Source of the DNA: Chiloscyllium plagiosum
Lineage: Eukaryota
Direction: 5' to 3'
DNA length: 63,885 bases
NCBI RefSeq assembly: GCF_004010195.1
Contig: NC_057749.1
Coordinates: forward strand, 21,275,953 to 21,339,837
The notes beneath the pieces were generated by a model, which was not told the origin of the DNA, made no database searches, and saw only the letters and a program-made list of their open reading frames with translations. This document shows, piece by piece, positions 55,601 to 63,059 of this stretch. Each line of letters starts with the position of its first letter. The first letter of the stretch is position 1. The translations under genes were made by a program, and so were the position numbers.

Positions 55601-58104
55601 TCATCTCAGTCCTCAATGGTCTACCCCTTTATCCTGAGTCTGTGTCTCCTGGTTCGACACTCGCCAACAAGAGAAACACCCTCCTTTTGTCGAGTGTGTT
55701 CAGCCCTGTTAGAATTTTATGTGTTTCAATTCGATATACATCACTGTCTCCCCTCCTTTCTATAACATACCACACAGTGGCCACACAGTTTTACAACATA
55801 CCACATACCGACATGGTGGCTCAGTGGTTAGCACTGCTGCCTCACAGTGCCAGGGACCCGGATTGGATTCCAGCCTCTGTGTGGAGTTTGCACGTTCTCC
55901 CCGTGCCTGCGTGGTTTTCCTCCGGGTGCTCTGGTTTCCTCCTACAGTCCAGATTAGGTGAGTTGGCCATGCTAAATTGCCCGTAGTGTTCAGGGATGTG
56001 TAGGTTAGGTGCATTAGTCTGGTGTAAATGTAAAGTAGTAGGGGAATGGGTCTGGGTGGGTTACTCTTCGGCTGTATTCCTGATGAAGGGCTTTTGCCCG
56101 AAACGTCGATTTTACTTTTCTCAGATGCTGCCTGAACTGCTGTGCTCTTCCAGCACCATTAATCCAGAATCTGGTTTCCAGCATCTGCAGTCATTGTTTT
56201 TATCTACTCTTCAGAGAGTCAGTGTGGATTTGTTGGGCTGAAGGGCCTCTTTCCCCACTGTAGGAATTCTATCCTTTCTGTACAGAGGGGAATTCAAACA
56301 TTACAGCGGGTATCCCTATAATTCTACTCTCATTTCCCTCAGTAACCTGCATCATAAGTACAGACAGAATCTTTAAAATGCCTTCAATAATTCTAAACTC
56401 TTCCAGTTATGTGAACCACCTCCTCATTCACAATGACCTGGGTAGCATTTTCTCTTTGGTGAAGACAGATGAAAGGCACAAATTTAAACCCTCAGTTGAG
56501 CTCCCTACTTCCATCTGTAAGTTCCCGTTTTGATCCCTGATTAGGCCCACTGCCCCTTTTCCTTTTTCCCATTTGATTGCCAATGAAAGACTTTTGGATT
56601 CCATTTGATGTCAGCTGTCAGTGACTGCGCATCCTCTGTAGCACAGCCAATTGTAGGGCAAAGATTCATCTACTCTGTTCCTTCACAGTGCCAGAAGACC
56701 ATGAGACACTGGAGCAGAGGTTAGGCCATTCGGCCCATCGAGTTTGCTCCATCACTCAGTCATGGCGGATAGGTTTTTCAACCCCATTTTCCCACTTTCT
56801 TTCCATAACCTTCGGCCCCCTTGGCAATCAAGAACATATCTTTCTCTGTTTTGAATATACTCAATGGTCACTATCACAGGAGTGCCTCCTAATGTTCAGG
56901 AGCAAATTCTGTCACCTCCAGTATCCCTGAACCTCTCCATAAGCTTGCTGATTAGATTGGAAGCATGAGGTGACAGGGTTAAGATGACTGTCTGTGGAAT
57001 GAAGCATTACTGGCTCTCTGTCAATGATCACACCAATTTCCATTACAAAAGGAAAGGGTACTGATTGGTTTGGCAATTTGACTCTGATTGGCTGAGGCGT
57101 TGTCATGGAGGAACCATCAGGAACTGTATGTTCCCCACCCTCCCAAGTAATTCAAAAAAGGTGCAATTCTTGAGCAAATATTGTTTGATTGCAAGGAACA
57201 GGTTCCTGTGTACAATGAAGAGCTGCTTCTAGCAAATTTAATTGAGCCACGTTTTGAGCTTGACTGGTGATCTTACATGGGCCATTAGCAATACGAAGGA
57301 GAGAAATCATGTCTGACCTTGGACATTTTACATTGGGGTTTGCAAACAGGATCTTCTAAAAGAACAAAGAATGCATAGTGCAGATTCATCTGAATGACAC
57401 CAAAGCAGAAGGCATTAAATTATACAGCGTAAGCCTGACCTGTATTCTTGGGGACTTACAAGGTTGGAGCGATGATCTGTCATTTCAAATAATTAATCGA
57501 TTTGTCAGGCTAGACATAAAAGAACTGTCCCTTCGGGGTGGGGACTGGTGTGGTTTGGGGCCTGGACTATAGAGTGAGATGATGTAATCTTAAGATTGGA
57601 TCTGGGCAGGCGAGAATGAAATGAAAAGGTGTGTCTGAGCACCTGAAGGCCCATGGGTAACAGGACACAGACTGGTGAGGCTGTGCAGAGATATGGAGCA
57701 AGGGCAGCAACTGGGGTCAAAGGGCAGATCAACCATAGTCTTGTTGAATAGATTCAGTTCGAGGGACGGAATGGCCTCCTGTTGCTATTATTCAGAACCT
57801 CCCCCCGCCCCCGGCATCAAACAGGTAAACTGCTACGTTAATTAAATAAACTACTTACCTCAGAAATTTGGAATTCCTCTTGCCTGCATGTGTTTCAGGC
57901 TTTGGGTCATCTGGAGGTTTGGAAGATACATCTTCCTAAAGAAGGAAGGGACATGTTTAACAAAATCTGAAGGTTTTAACAATCTGACTGAAGTGGATAG
58001 AAGAATACGTGAAGGGTCAGAAGAGTACTCGCCTCTAGTTCAAATGCTGCATTTTCTCTGGCGTAATCCTGTTTCTTTTCAGAATGATTATTTTCGTCGT
58101 TCAT
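4579..58104 (-). CDS. slc28a1: Concentrative Na+/nucleoside cotransporter (SLC28/CNT family, CNT1/CNT2 clade); whole-gene span, 16 visible coding exons plus one inferred in a gap, about 654 aa if the missing exon is 33 codons
   Basis: Spliced translation contains CNT hallmark segments [102 protein letters not shown] and [12 protein letters not shown]. Exon phases join consistently, and the visible coding sequence is 1866 nt. It is closer to recalled human CNT1/CNT2 than to CNT3; a1 versus a2 cannot be resolved from sequence alone. Confidence 0.95.
4960..5420 (+). mobile_element. CR1-clade LINE 3' fragment
   Basis: [42 protein letters not shown]. Confidence 0.85.
5546..6645. mobile_element. 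Penelope-like element insertion with inverted arms (minus arm 5546-5864, plus arm 6247-6645, gap between)
   Basis: The arms are reverse-complementary copies of the same hammerhead-bearing terminus. The 14-bp direct repeat CCCACACAGACAGG flanks the unit at 5532-5545 and 6646-6659. Confidence 0.75.
5644..5671 (-). ncRNA. Minimal type-I hammerhead ribozyme motif, family A (intact core, sense to the gene)
   Basis: Minus strand reads CUGAUGA-A-GGGU-UUUU-GCCC-GAAA-CG-UC, with palindromic helix III ACGU and a weak helix I (AAUUC/GAUUU). Confidence 0.7.
6900..7400 (+). mobile_element. LINE 3' end with an internal 81-bp tandem duplication
   Basis: [17 protein letters not shown] segments; homologous to 22380-22560 (minus); its tail matches the tail of the SINE family at 55290-55490. 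Confidence 0.55.
7623..7734 (-). CDS. slc28a1: SLC28 exon c16: (G)[36 protein letters not shown](S)
   Basis: TAG acceptor, AG|GTGAGT donor, 112 nt; aligns to the CNT C-terminal GIL..C..L.....CC segment. Confidence 0.88.
7957..8249 (-). mobile_element. HE1-type tRNA-derived V-SINE
   Basis: A box tggctcagtggttagc, B box ggttcaattcc, and V-domain core tgtggagtttgcacattctccccgtgtctgcgtgggtttcctcc. Confidence 0.85.
8425..8462 (+). ncRNA. Minimal hammerhead ribozyme motif, family C
   Basis: AGTT-CTGAAGA-A-GGGTC-ACTG-GACCC-GAAA-TG-TT-AGCT; helix III looks like a CpG-decayed ACGT. Related degraded copies lie near 22136 and 60120-60185. Confidence 0.6.
8700..8970 (+). mobile_element. Rex/Babar- or L2-type LINE 3' fragment
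   Basis: [28 protein letters not shown]. Confidence 0.65.
9193..9692. other. Assembly gap of exactly 500 N; probable location of missing SLC28 exon c15
   Basis: It is the only unsequenced stretch between exons c14 and c16. Confidence 0.7.
9693..12803. repeat. Minisatellite, 27/29-bp unit AGATAGACCCAGTGTACAAACACACTG, more than 3.1 kb (about 110 copies), abutting a gap
   Basis: Direct inspection; the 9-aa periodicity (IDPVYKHTE) in the ORF track agrees. Confidence 0.97.
13236..13547 (-). mobile_element. HE1-type V-SINE, inserted into an older Deu-SINE-like element
   Basis: Same head and core as the other copies. Confidence 0.85.
14046..14176 (+). mobile_element. Decayed Deu-domain SINE (SacSINE1/AmnSINE1-like) 3' portion
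   Basis: tgtgggatcttgccgt..aaactggc..tacactcaaaag..ggctatataaatgca resembles the recalled DeuSINE consensus. Confidence 0.5.
15181..15262 (-). CDS. slc28a1: SLC28 exon c14: [27 protein letters not shown]
   Basis: cctgCAG acceptor, T|GTGAGT donor, 82 nt; ALCGFAN motif. Confidence 0.96.
15328..16670 (+). mobile_element. CR1-clade LINE fragment interrupted by nested insertions (about 15579-16142)
   Basis: [15 protein letters not shown] on the left and [20 protein letters not shown] on the right; CCACTTTAGA occurs three times at the junctions. Confidence 0.8.
16016..16043 (+). ncRNA. Minimal hammerhead ribozyme motif, family A (intact core)
   Basis: CTGATGA-A-GGGC-TTTC-GCCC-GAAA-CG-TC. Confidence 0.72.
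16783..17104 (-). mobile_element. HE1-type V-SINE
   Basis: Full head and core with a (TAATC)n tail. Confidence 0.85.
17543..17752. repeat. Minisatellite, 15-bp unit CCCCATGTA(C/T)AAATC, about 14 copies
   Basis: Direct inspection; MYKSP periodicity. Confidence 0.95.
18460..18900 (-). mobile_element. CR1-clade LINE 3' fragment
   Basis: ORF 18534-18842: [29 protein letters not shown]. Confidence 0.85.
18932..19129 (-). CDS. slc28a1: SLC28 exon c13: [66 protein letters not shown]
   Basis: ttgCAG acceptor, TCT|GTAAGT donor, 198 nt; NEFVAY motif. Confidence 0.96.
19375..19653 (-). mobile_element. HE1-type V-SINE
   Basis: Same head and core, with small internal deletions. Confidence 0.8.
20155..21292 (+). 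mobile_element. CR1-clade LINE, decayed reverse-transcriptase and 3' region
   Basis: Frameshifted RT motifs [49 protein letters not shown] and RGDLIEVYK. Confidence 0.9.
21320..21757 (+). mobile_element. CR1-clade LINE 3' fragment
   Basis: [29 protein letters not shown]. Confidence 0.85.
23040..24460 (-). mobile_element. Old CR1-clade LINE fragments
   Basis: KTRGHN..NFLSQ segment, and a decayed [12 protein letters not shown] motif on the minus strand near 23950-23980. Confidence 0.7.
24536..24864 (+). mobile_element. HE1-type V-SINE (well preserved)
   Basis: ggcacggtggcacagtggttagcactgctg..gggttcaattcc, V-domain core, and a tgtaa/tctaa tandem tail. Confidence 0.9.
25520..26070 (+). mobile_element. 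Two CR1-clade LINE 3' ends, one apparently inserted into the other
   Basis: The segment tggaatga(g/a)ctgccagagg..aataggaa..ggtttggagggatatggg occurs twice. Confidence 0.75.
26499..26838 (+). mobile_element. HE1-type V-SINE
   Basis: Same head and core. Confidence 0.85.
26865..26955 (-). mobile_element. Solo Penelope family-A terminus with target-site duplication
   Basis: 15-bp direct repeat AACATCTGTACAGAG at 26850-26864 and 26956-26970; degraded hammerhead core on the minus strand. Confidence 0.7.
27355..27750. mobile_element. Cluster of nested Penelope family A and B termini
   Basis: Family-B termini in both orientations with two family-A termini inserted; CACCAGGTTATAG is duplicated around one of them. 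Confidence 0.65.
28080..28248 (-). CDS. slc28a1: SLC28 exon c12: [56 protein letters not shown]
   Basis: ttcCAG acceptor, CAG|GTACAG donor, 169 nt. Confidence 0.95.
28380..29150 (-). mobile_element. Penelope-like element fragment, family A (GIY-YIG endonuclease plus hammerhead-bearing end)
   Basis: Minus strand translates [27 protein letters not shown], then QHFNSPSHS, followed by a degraded CTGATGAAGGGC terminus near 28445-28472. Confidence 0.8.
29983..30491 (+). repeat. Degenerate telomere-like (TTAGGG)n tract
   Basis: Runs of ttagggttagggttaggg with ttacag, ttaagg and ctaggg variants. Confidence 0.9.
30886..31158 (-). mobile_element. HE1-type V-SINE (a second head fragment lies at 31307-31388)
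   Basis: Same head and core. Confidence 0.8.
31610..31740 (-). CDS. slc28a1: SLC28 exon c11: [43 protein letters not shown](G)
   Basis: ttttaCAG acceptor, GG|GTGTGT donor, 131 nt; phase 2 joins c12. Confidence 0.94.
31891..32105. mobile_element. Short hairpin-shaped insertion made of two inverted Penelope family-A termini
   Basis: The left and right halves are reverse complements, flanked by the 15-bp duplication GCTACAT(T/A)AACCCAG (31876-31890, 32106-32120). Confidence 0.75.
33359..33484 (-). CDS. slc28a1: SLC28 exon c10: [42 protein letters not shown]
   Basis: tttCAG acceptor, GGG|GTAAGT donor, 126 nt. Confidence 0.96.
33735..34475 (+). mobile_element. CR1-clade LINE 3' fragment interrupted by a SINE (about 34022-34337, minus)
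   Basis: [13 protein letters not shown] on the left; the 3' UTR resumes after 34338. Confidence 0.7.
34603..35056 (+). repeat. Degenerate telomere-like (TTAGGG/TTGGGG)n tract
   Basis: ttaggg, ttgggg, ttagag and ttacag hexamers in register. Confidence 0.9.
35236..35316 (-). CDS. slc28a1: SLC28 exon c9: [27 protein letters not shown]
   Basis: CAG acceptor, CAG|GTATGA donor, 81 nt; nucleoside-binding hairpin region. Confidence 0.96.
35785..36010 (+). mobile_element. Third tRNA-derived SINE family; second copy at about 61063-61268
   Basis: ttagctcggttgg A box, gggttcaattcc B box, and a body shared between the two copies (gttaccatgaagga..cctcgcctgagg..ccctcaggtta..gtaagacaatg). Confidence 0.6.
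36272..36610 (+). mobile_element. HE1-type V-SINE
   Basis: Same head and core. Confidence 0.8.
37292..37326 (+). ncRNA. Minimal hammerhead ribozyme motif, family B (intact)
   Basis: CAC-CTGATGA-A-GGAGC-GTC-GCTCC-GAAA-GC-TA-GTG: helix I CAC/GTG, 5-bp helix II, palindromic helix III AGCT. Confidence 0.78.
37483..37563 (-). CDS. slc28a1: SLC28 exon c8: [27 protein letters not shown]
   Basis: Pyrimidine tract plus CAG acceptor, AAG|GTATAG donor, 81 nt. Confidence 0.95.
37750..38092 (-). mobile_element. Second tRNA-derived SINE family (MER131-like core); other copies at about 1730-1868/2630-2735 (+), 29165-29390 (+), 34022-34337 (-), 39125-39420 (-), 40330-40660 (+) and 55290-55490 (+)
   Basis: Recurring core aaaacccatctggttcactaatg..aaggaaactgccatccttacctggtctggcc..tgtgactccagacccacagcaa with a ggttcgaat B box. 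The MER131 similarity is from memory only. Confidence 0.6.
41110..41420 (+). mobile_element. Penelope-like GIY-YIG fragment, family B
   Basis: Translates [44 protein letters not shown]. Confidence 0.8.
41535..41749 (+). mobile_element. Penelope-like GIY-YIG fragment, family A, running into a gap
   Basis: [47 protein letters not shown]; contains an in-frame stop. Confidence 0.8.
42515..42549 (+). ncRNA. Minimal hammerhead ribozyme motif, family B (intact)
   Basis: Identical to 37292-37326. Confidence 0.78.
43070..43147 (-). CDS. slc28a1: SLC28 exon c7: [26 protein letters not shown]
   Basis: ttgCAG acceptor, CAG|GTCAGC donor, 78 nt. Confidence 0.95.
43540..45261. repeat. Minisatellite, 51-bp unit CCAGTGTGTACTCAGA-CCAGTGTGTGTCCCAGA-CCTGTGTATACCCAGGGA
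   Basis: Direct inspection; 17-aa periodicity ([17 protein letters not shown]). Confidence 0.96.
45380..45493 (-). CDS. slc28a1: SLC28 exon c6: [38 protein letters not shown]
   Basis: CAG acceptor, CAG|GTAAGA donor, 114 nt; found by hand translation, not in the ORF track. Confidence 0.95.
45838..46114 (-). mobile_element. HE1-type V-SINE
   Basis: Same head and core. Confidence 0.8.
46305..46920 (-). mobile_element. CR1-clade LINE 3' fragment with a Penelope terminus inserted (about 46759-46860)
   Basis: ORF 46321-46758: [41 protein letters not shown] is duplicated around the insert. Confidence 0.85.
47029..47170 (-). CDS. slc28a1: SLC28 exon c5: [47 protein letters not shown]
   Basis: CAG acceptor, GCG|GTGAGT donor, 142 nt; WLxxDTxxRPEQLxSF is the CNT1/2-type motif. 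Confidence 0.95.
47625..47790. repeat. Imperfect (CA)n microsatellite
   Basis: Direct inspection. Confidence 0.9.
49257..49582 (+). mobile_element. HE1-type V-SINE
   Basis: Same head and core. Confidence 0.85.
49634..49823 (-). CDS. slc28a1: SLC28 exon c4: [62 protein letters not shown](W)
   Basis: CAG acceptor, TG|GTAAGC donor, 190 nt; ACILNFHRA is a CNT motif. Confidence 0.95.
50020..50462 (-). mobile_element. Rex/Babar- or L2-type LINE 3' fragment
   Basis: [53 protein letters not shown]; a second copy lies on + at about 8700-8970. Confidence 0.7.
50588..50898 (+). mobile_element. HE1-type V-SINE, 5'-damaged
   Basis: V-domain core present. Confidence 0.75.
51800..52437 (-). mobile_element. 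Relatively young CR1-clade LINE 3' fragment
   Basis: ORF 51987-52367: [40 protein letters not shown], with an intact frame. Confidence 0.9.
52888..53175 (+). mobile_element. HE1-type V-SINE inserted in a CR1 fragment (about 52620-53410)
   Basis: Same head and core; CR1 3' sequence continues on both sides. Confidence 0.85.
53983..54074 (-). CDS. slc28a1: SLC28 exon c3: [30 protein letters not shown](G)
   Basis: ttttccAG acceptor, G|GTAAAA donor, 92 nt; encodes the start of the first TM helix. Confidence 0.88.
54560..54682 (+). mobile_element. HE1-type V-SINE, 5' half only
   Basis: Head plus the start of the V-domain core. Confidence 0.75.
55809..56272 (+). mobile_element. HE1-type V-SINE interrupted by a Penelope terminus (about 56071-56204)
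   Basis: Head and core, with the tail resuming after the insert. Confidence 0.8.
56080..56107 (+). ncRNA. Minimal hammerhead ribozyme motif, family A (intact core)
   Basis: CTGATGA-A-GGGC-TTTT-GCCC-GAAA-CG-TC, inside a short insertion within an HE1-type SINE with TACTCTTC duplicated on both sides. Confidence 0.72.
57859..57935 (-). CDS. slc28a1: SLC28 exon c2: [25 protein letters not shown](S)
   Basis: cccttccttctttAG acceptor, AG|GTAAGT donor, 77 nt, open frame; the phase-2 end joins c3. Confidence 0.8.
58033..58104 (-). CDS. slc28a1: SLC28 coding exon c1: [24 protein letters not shown]
   Basis: Pyrimidine tract plus CAG acceptor ending at 58115, AAAATG start, and ENAAFELE resembling CNT N-terminal motifs. 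It ends at GAG|GCGAGT (GC donor), phase 0, matching c2. Confidence 0.75.
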
Positions 58105-59165
58105 TTTTAAGATTCTGCGCAGGGCACAAGTAAAGAGAAGAAATAATAAAGTTTAAACAACTTCCACGTCAAAAGTGAGAGACAGAAGCATTTAAGCAAG
58201 TGGAAAACTGATCGAACGCATCCCTCTAAACCAACAAATCAACCACGGTAGACCAAAAGTTGCAAAATCGTTTGTTTAGTTCCGCCATCACTGACTGAAT
58301 TAAATCAAAAGTGCGCAGAAACATGATGAGGCATACAGTATCTCAGGTTTTATTTATAGGGGGATAGAATATTTGAGTCAGAAGGCTACGTTGAACTGTG
58401 TAAGACACCATTTCAGCCGCAGTTGGAATATTATACAATTTTTTCCAATGCAAATCAATATAGCACAGGAACAGGCCTTTCGGGCCCACTAAGCCTGTGT
58501 TGATTCTAATCCTTACTCAGACCTGCCACTTATTGCACAGGCATGGTTTCTATTCTTTTGTCCGTCCACCGTTCATGTGTCTATCAAGATATACCTTAAA
58601 CATTGCTTCCACCACCTCCAATGGCCGTGCATTCCAGGTACCCACCACCCTCTGGGTGAAACAAAATGGTGGTGGATTGTGGTGACAGAGCACTCTTCAC
58701 TGAACCCCCCACCCCACCACCAAGATATACGAGACAATATGTGACATTCATGATTTAAAGCAAACAAGGTCAGAAGTCAGACGACACCAGGTTAGAGTCC
58801 GACAGGTTTATTTGAAATCACAAGCTTTCGGGGCGCTTCACTGGGTGAAGTGAGAGTGAAGCACACAGGTATGGAATTTATAAGCAGAGAGATCAAAAGA
58901 TCATACAAATGGTCTGAGTGAGATGTTGATAGGCTGAATAATAAGTCTCTGCAGGCGATCAAAAATGTCAGATGGTGTGAGTAAAGTGTCAACAGCTGAA
59001 TAGCGAGTGAAGGGATGACCTATTAATGAAGGCAGAGGGATAGTTACAAAAAATTTAAAATCTACCTGATTTTTAATCTATTGTAATTATCTCTCTGCCT
59101 CAATTAATCAGATCATAGATCATTCTTTCACTTGTTATTCCGCTGTTGACATTTTATTCATACCT

Positions 59166-59474
59166 GGGTGGCACGGTGACACAGTGGTTAGCACTGCTGC
59201 CTCACAGCGTCAGAGATCCGCGTTCAATTCCCGCCTCAGGTAACTGTCTGTGTGGAGTTTGCACATTCTCCCCGTGGGTTTCCTCCGCGTGCTCCGGTTT
59301 CCTCCCACAGTCCAAAAAATGTGCAGGTTAGGTGAATTGGCCATGTTAAATTGCCCATAGTGTTAGGTGAAGGGATAAATGTAGGGGAATCTGTCTGGGT
59401 GGGTTGCTTTTCAGAGGGTCGGTGTGGACTGGTTGGGCCAAAGGGCCTGTTTCCACACTGTAAGTAATCTAATC
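59166..59474 (+). mobile_element. HE1-type V-SINE
   Basis: Full head and core with a (TAATC)n tail. Confidence 0.85.
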
Positions 59475-59544
59475 TTAAAAAAAATTGTATGATCTTTTGA
59501 TCTCTCCACCTACAAACTCCGTGCCTGTGTGTTTCTCTCTTGCT

Positions 59545-59581
59545 TCACCTGATGAAGGAGCAGCGCTCTGAAAGCTTGTGA
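59545..59581 (+). ncRNA. Minimal hammerhead ribozyme motif, family B variant
   Basis: TCAC-CTGATGA-A-GGAGC-AGC-GCTCT-GAAA-GC-TT-GTGA: 4-bp helix I and a G-U pair closing helix II. Confidence 0.7.
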
Positions 59582-59689
59582 TTTCAAATAAACCTGTCAG
59601 ACTATAACCTGGTATTGTGTGGCTTCTGATCTTGCCCACTCCAGTCCAACACTGGCACCTCCAGATCATTTCAGCAATTATGCATTCCT

Positions 59690-60520
59690 TGAAGGTCTCT
59701 TCGTCCTTTCTCGTTACACAATATTAGATCTAAAACAGCATATCCTCTAGTTGGCTGTTCAACATACTGTCCCAGAAAACCAACCCAAATACACCCCAGA
59801 AACTCACCCTTCAAACTTGCAGTGTTCCACTGGTTTACCCAGTCTATATGCAGATTGAAGTCACCCATGATAACTGTGTTGCCCAGGCAACATGATTCTC
59901 TTATCTCCTGATTATTACCATACCCCACATTGCTACTACAGGTTGGAGGCTTATAAGTAACTCCAGCCAATGTCTGCTGCCCCATGCTGATTTTTATCTC
60001 TCCCCAAAACAACTCCACACATTCAAACAAAAATAACAATGGACTGCAGATGCTGAAAATCAGAAAGCAAAATTGCTGGGAAAATTCATCAGGTCTGGCA
60101 GCATCTGTGGAGAGAAATCAGAGTTAAGGCCCAGTGACCCTTCTTCAGAACCTGAGGAAGATGAAGGACCCGAAAGGTTAACTCTGATTTCTCTTCAAAG
60201 CTGCGACCAGACCTGATGAGTTTTTCCAGCAACTTCCTTTTTTTGTTTCAGATTCCACATATTGTTTTTCCAAACGGAAATCCTCCCTTACTAATATACT
60301 GATTATCAGCACAAATCCACCTTCTTTACTTTCTGAGCTGTCCTTCCTAAACATCAAATTTTCCTTTCAGTTCCCAGTCCTGGTCACCCTGCAACCATGT
60401 TTCTGTAATGGCAATTAGATTATCCCATGTTCCTCCATCTGCGCCTTTAGGTTATTTACCTTATTGTGAATGCTGAGTGCATTCAGAAAGAGTGCTCTTA
60501 ATTTTTGAACATTATTCCAC
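59690..60520 (-). mobile_element. CR1-clade LINE endonuclease-domain fragment, interrupted by an inverted family-C terminus pair (about 60023-60252)
   Basis: GVTYKPP..VIMGDFNLHIDW..VEQPTRGYAVLDLILCNE is an APE-endonuclease signature. Confidence 0.8.
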
Positions 60521-61699
60521 TGTATAATTGCTGCTTTATTTTGTTTCTCCCATCTCATAATCTCCCTCGTCGTTATTCTGCTTCCTGTGACCAGCTTACC
60601 TCACTTCTTGATGGGTCATCCCTCAGATTCCCAGTTCTCCTTTGAACTGGTTTAAAACCACCCCCAATGGCAGTTACCACTTTCCCTGCCAGACTATCAG
60701 CCTCAGCATGGTATCCCTTTAAGAACAGCTGATTGGGCAAATGGAGATACCTGGCAACCAATGGTGAACTCTTCCCATTCATTCTCAAACATTTCAAAGT
60801 GGCTTTTAAAAATGTTGTGGGGATCTCATTCGCATTTGGAACCGGCCTCCTCCCTGAATCAGGTGGGTGTAACGTTTGGTGGTTTTGGGATATGATGGAA
60901 AATTACTTCGATTCATGACTTGACAACTCTGCCTTCAAGGGATGACGAAGCCCCCTTTGCAATGTTCAACCATCTCAGCATCTTTACCTCTATCAGATTA
61001 AAGAATGTTTCCTCCTCCAATTTATAAACACTGCACTATCCCCTCTCACTACGGCAGTATTTAGGTGATGATTAGCTCAATTGGTTGGCTGTAACATTAA
61101 CAGCGTGGGTTCAGTTCCCATCACCAGCTGGGGTTACCATGAAGGATTCTTCTTCGCAACCTCTCCCCTCGCCTGAGGTGTGGGTGACCCTCAGGTTAAA
61201 TCACCACCTGTCGTCTCTCTGTCCAGTGCGAGGGCAGTGCTATGGTTTGGTAAGACAATGATGACTTAGCTACAGCAGTGTACTCAGACTGATGTTATGT
61301 GGGTTAACATTGTTTCATGATATTGTCTGCCAGAATGGGAGCACATCTTGCATTTCCTCTTTTGGGGTGTGGCCTCGCTATGTGGGATGAAGTTGGTGGT
61401 GAGAAAGTCTATAGCCTTAAAACTTATTGTTAAGCATTTTGACTAAAATGTAATGTTGAATTATAGAACACATTTGCTGCACACTAGAAAATAGACAGGC
61501 AGGGAGGCTCAGAAAAAAAGAGGGGTAATCCAAGTTATGCAGACAATAGAAACATCTGTTCTCACCAATTAATATAGGATGCTCTAAGGCAATTAAGGAC
61601 ATTTGTCTTAGCATCAGTGAATCTGTGTAAACAGGATACCAAGTGATAACATTCACAACTGTTCCTTTATAGAATTAATGACAGTGTTTGATTCCACCA

Positions 61700-62860
61700 T
61701 CATTAAGCGTGGGGACACCCCCCACCATGCACATGGCAGGGACTCATGTGACACAGCCAACGTTATCTATCTCATACATTGCAGGCAAGGATGCCCTGAG
61801 GCATAGTACATTGGCAAGACCAAGCAGGGGCTATGGCAACAGATGAATGGGCACCGCACAACAATCACCAGACAGGAGTGTTCCCTCCCAGTCGGACAAC
61901 ACTTCAGCAGTCCGGGACATTCAACCTAGGACCTATGGGTGACCGTCCTCCAAGGCAGACTTCAGGACAGACAACAACGAAAATGGCCGAGCAGAGGCTG
62001 ATAACCAAATTCGGTACACATGGGGATGGCTCAACCGGGACCTTAGGTTCATGTAACACTACAGGTGACTCCATTGCACTAAACACTCACAGAGATCAAC
62101 ACATACACACAAACAGACATAGACACACAGACGCCCCTACACACACACAAACACTCCTACACACATATAGACATTCTTACACACACACACACTCACACCT
62201 ACAGGTACACACACTGTCCTACAGACCCATACACTCACGCAGACCCTCTCTCATACGTTCACACAAATACTCCCACACTCACACATGCACCCTCTCGCAC
62301 ACTTTTAGCCCTTTACACTCACGCTCACACACATACACACACTCTCATGCACACATACACATATAAGTTTGTGGGGTGAATTCGTACTTGCAGAATTACA
62401 TTTTATTTTGCTCAAAAACTGCATGAATCCATGTAAGATTCTGTAAATCCGTTATTTAGATAAGAATCAGTCTGACCATTGTGACACAGACAGTCTCACA
62501 CAGGGTAGCTCACACCTTAAATACATTATCTAGGCCGACATGACACCAATTGTTAAAGTTCATCTGAGGATGTAACTTTTAAAAAAGTTCTGCGGTTTAC
62601 ATATGAAAGAACTGAAACCAATATGTTCGTTCTAAAAGAGACTTAAACAATCCAGGTCTTTTTCAATATATAATTTTGGTTACATCACATTGTAAACTTT
62701 TCCTATAAATTCTGTCTCTTATGATCTTATACTCCACCATCACTTGATGAAGGAGCGATGCTCAAAAGCTAGTGCTTCCAATTAAACCTGTTGGACTAAG
62801 ACCAGGTTGTTTGTGTGATTTTTAACTTTGTACACCCCAGTCCAACACCGGCATCTCGAA
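61700..62860 (+). mobile_element. Penelope-like element 3' portion, family B (decayed GIY-YIG, CA-rich tract, terminus with degraded hammerhead)
   Basis: [23 protein letters not shown], a CA-rich tract at 62080-62365, and a terminus (cacttgatgaaggagc..aaagctagtg) homologous to 37195-37380 and 42375-42600. Confidence 0.8.
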
Positions 62861-63037
62861 ATCGTGTTTGATTCTGACCTTGAAATGAAACTTAGTACTA
62901 TCAAAAGCCTTGTAATTAATGGTCAGGTCTTATCAATTATAATGGATTCTTATTACCCCTTGCAAGCTCAGCAGGCACTTCGGCAAAAACATCTTTTCTG
63001 TTATAAGTCCCTGCCTTAATAGTTCAATAGAACGCTA

Positions 63038-63059
63038 GAGAGAGAGAGAGAGAGAGAGA
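63038..63059. repeat. (AG)n microsatellite
   Basis: Direct inspection. Confidence 0.85.

Noticed and set aside
4579..58104. Assignment to SLC28A3, or to a pseudogene
   Set aside because: The backbone motifs are CNT1/2-type, and all 16 visible exons are free of stops and frameshifts with usable splice sites.
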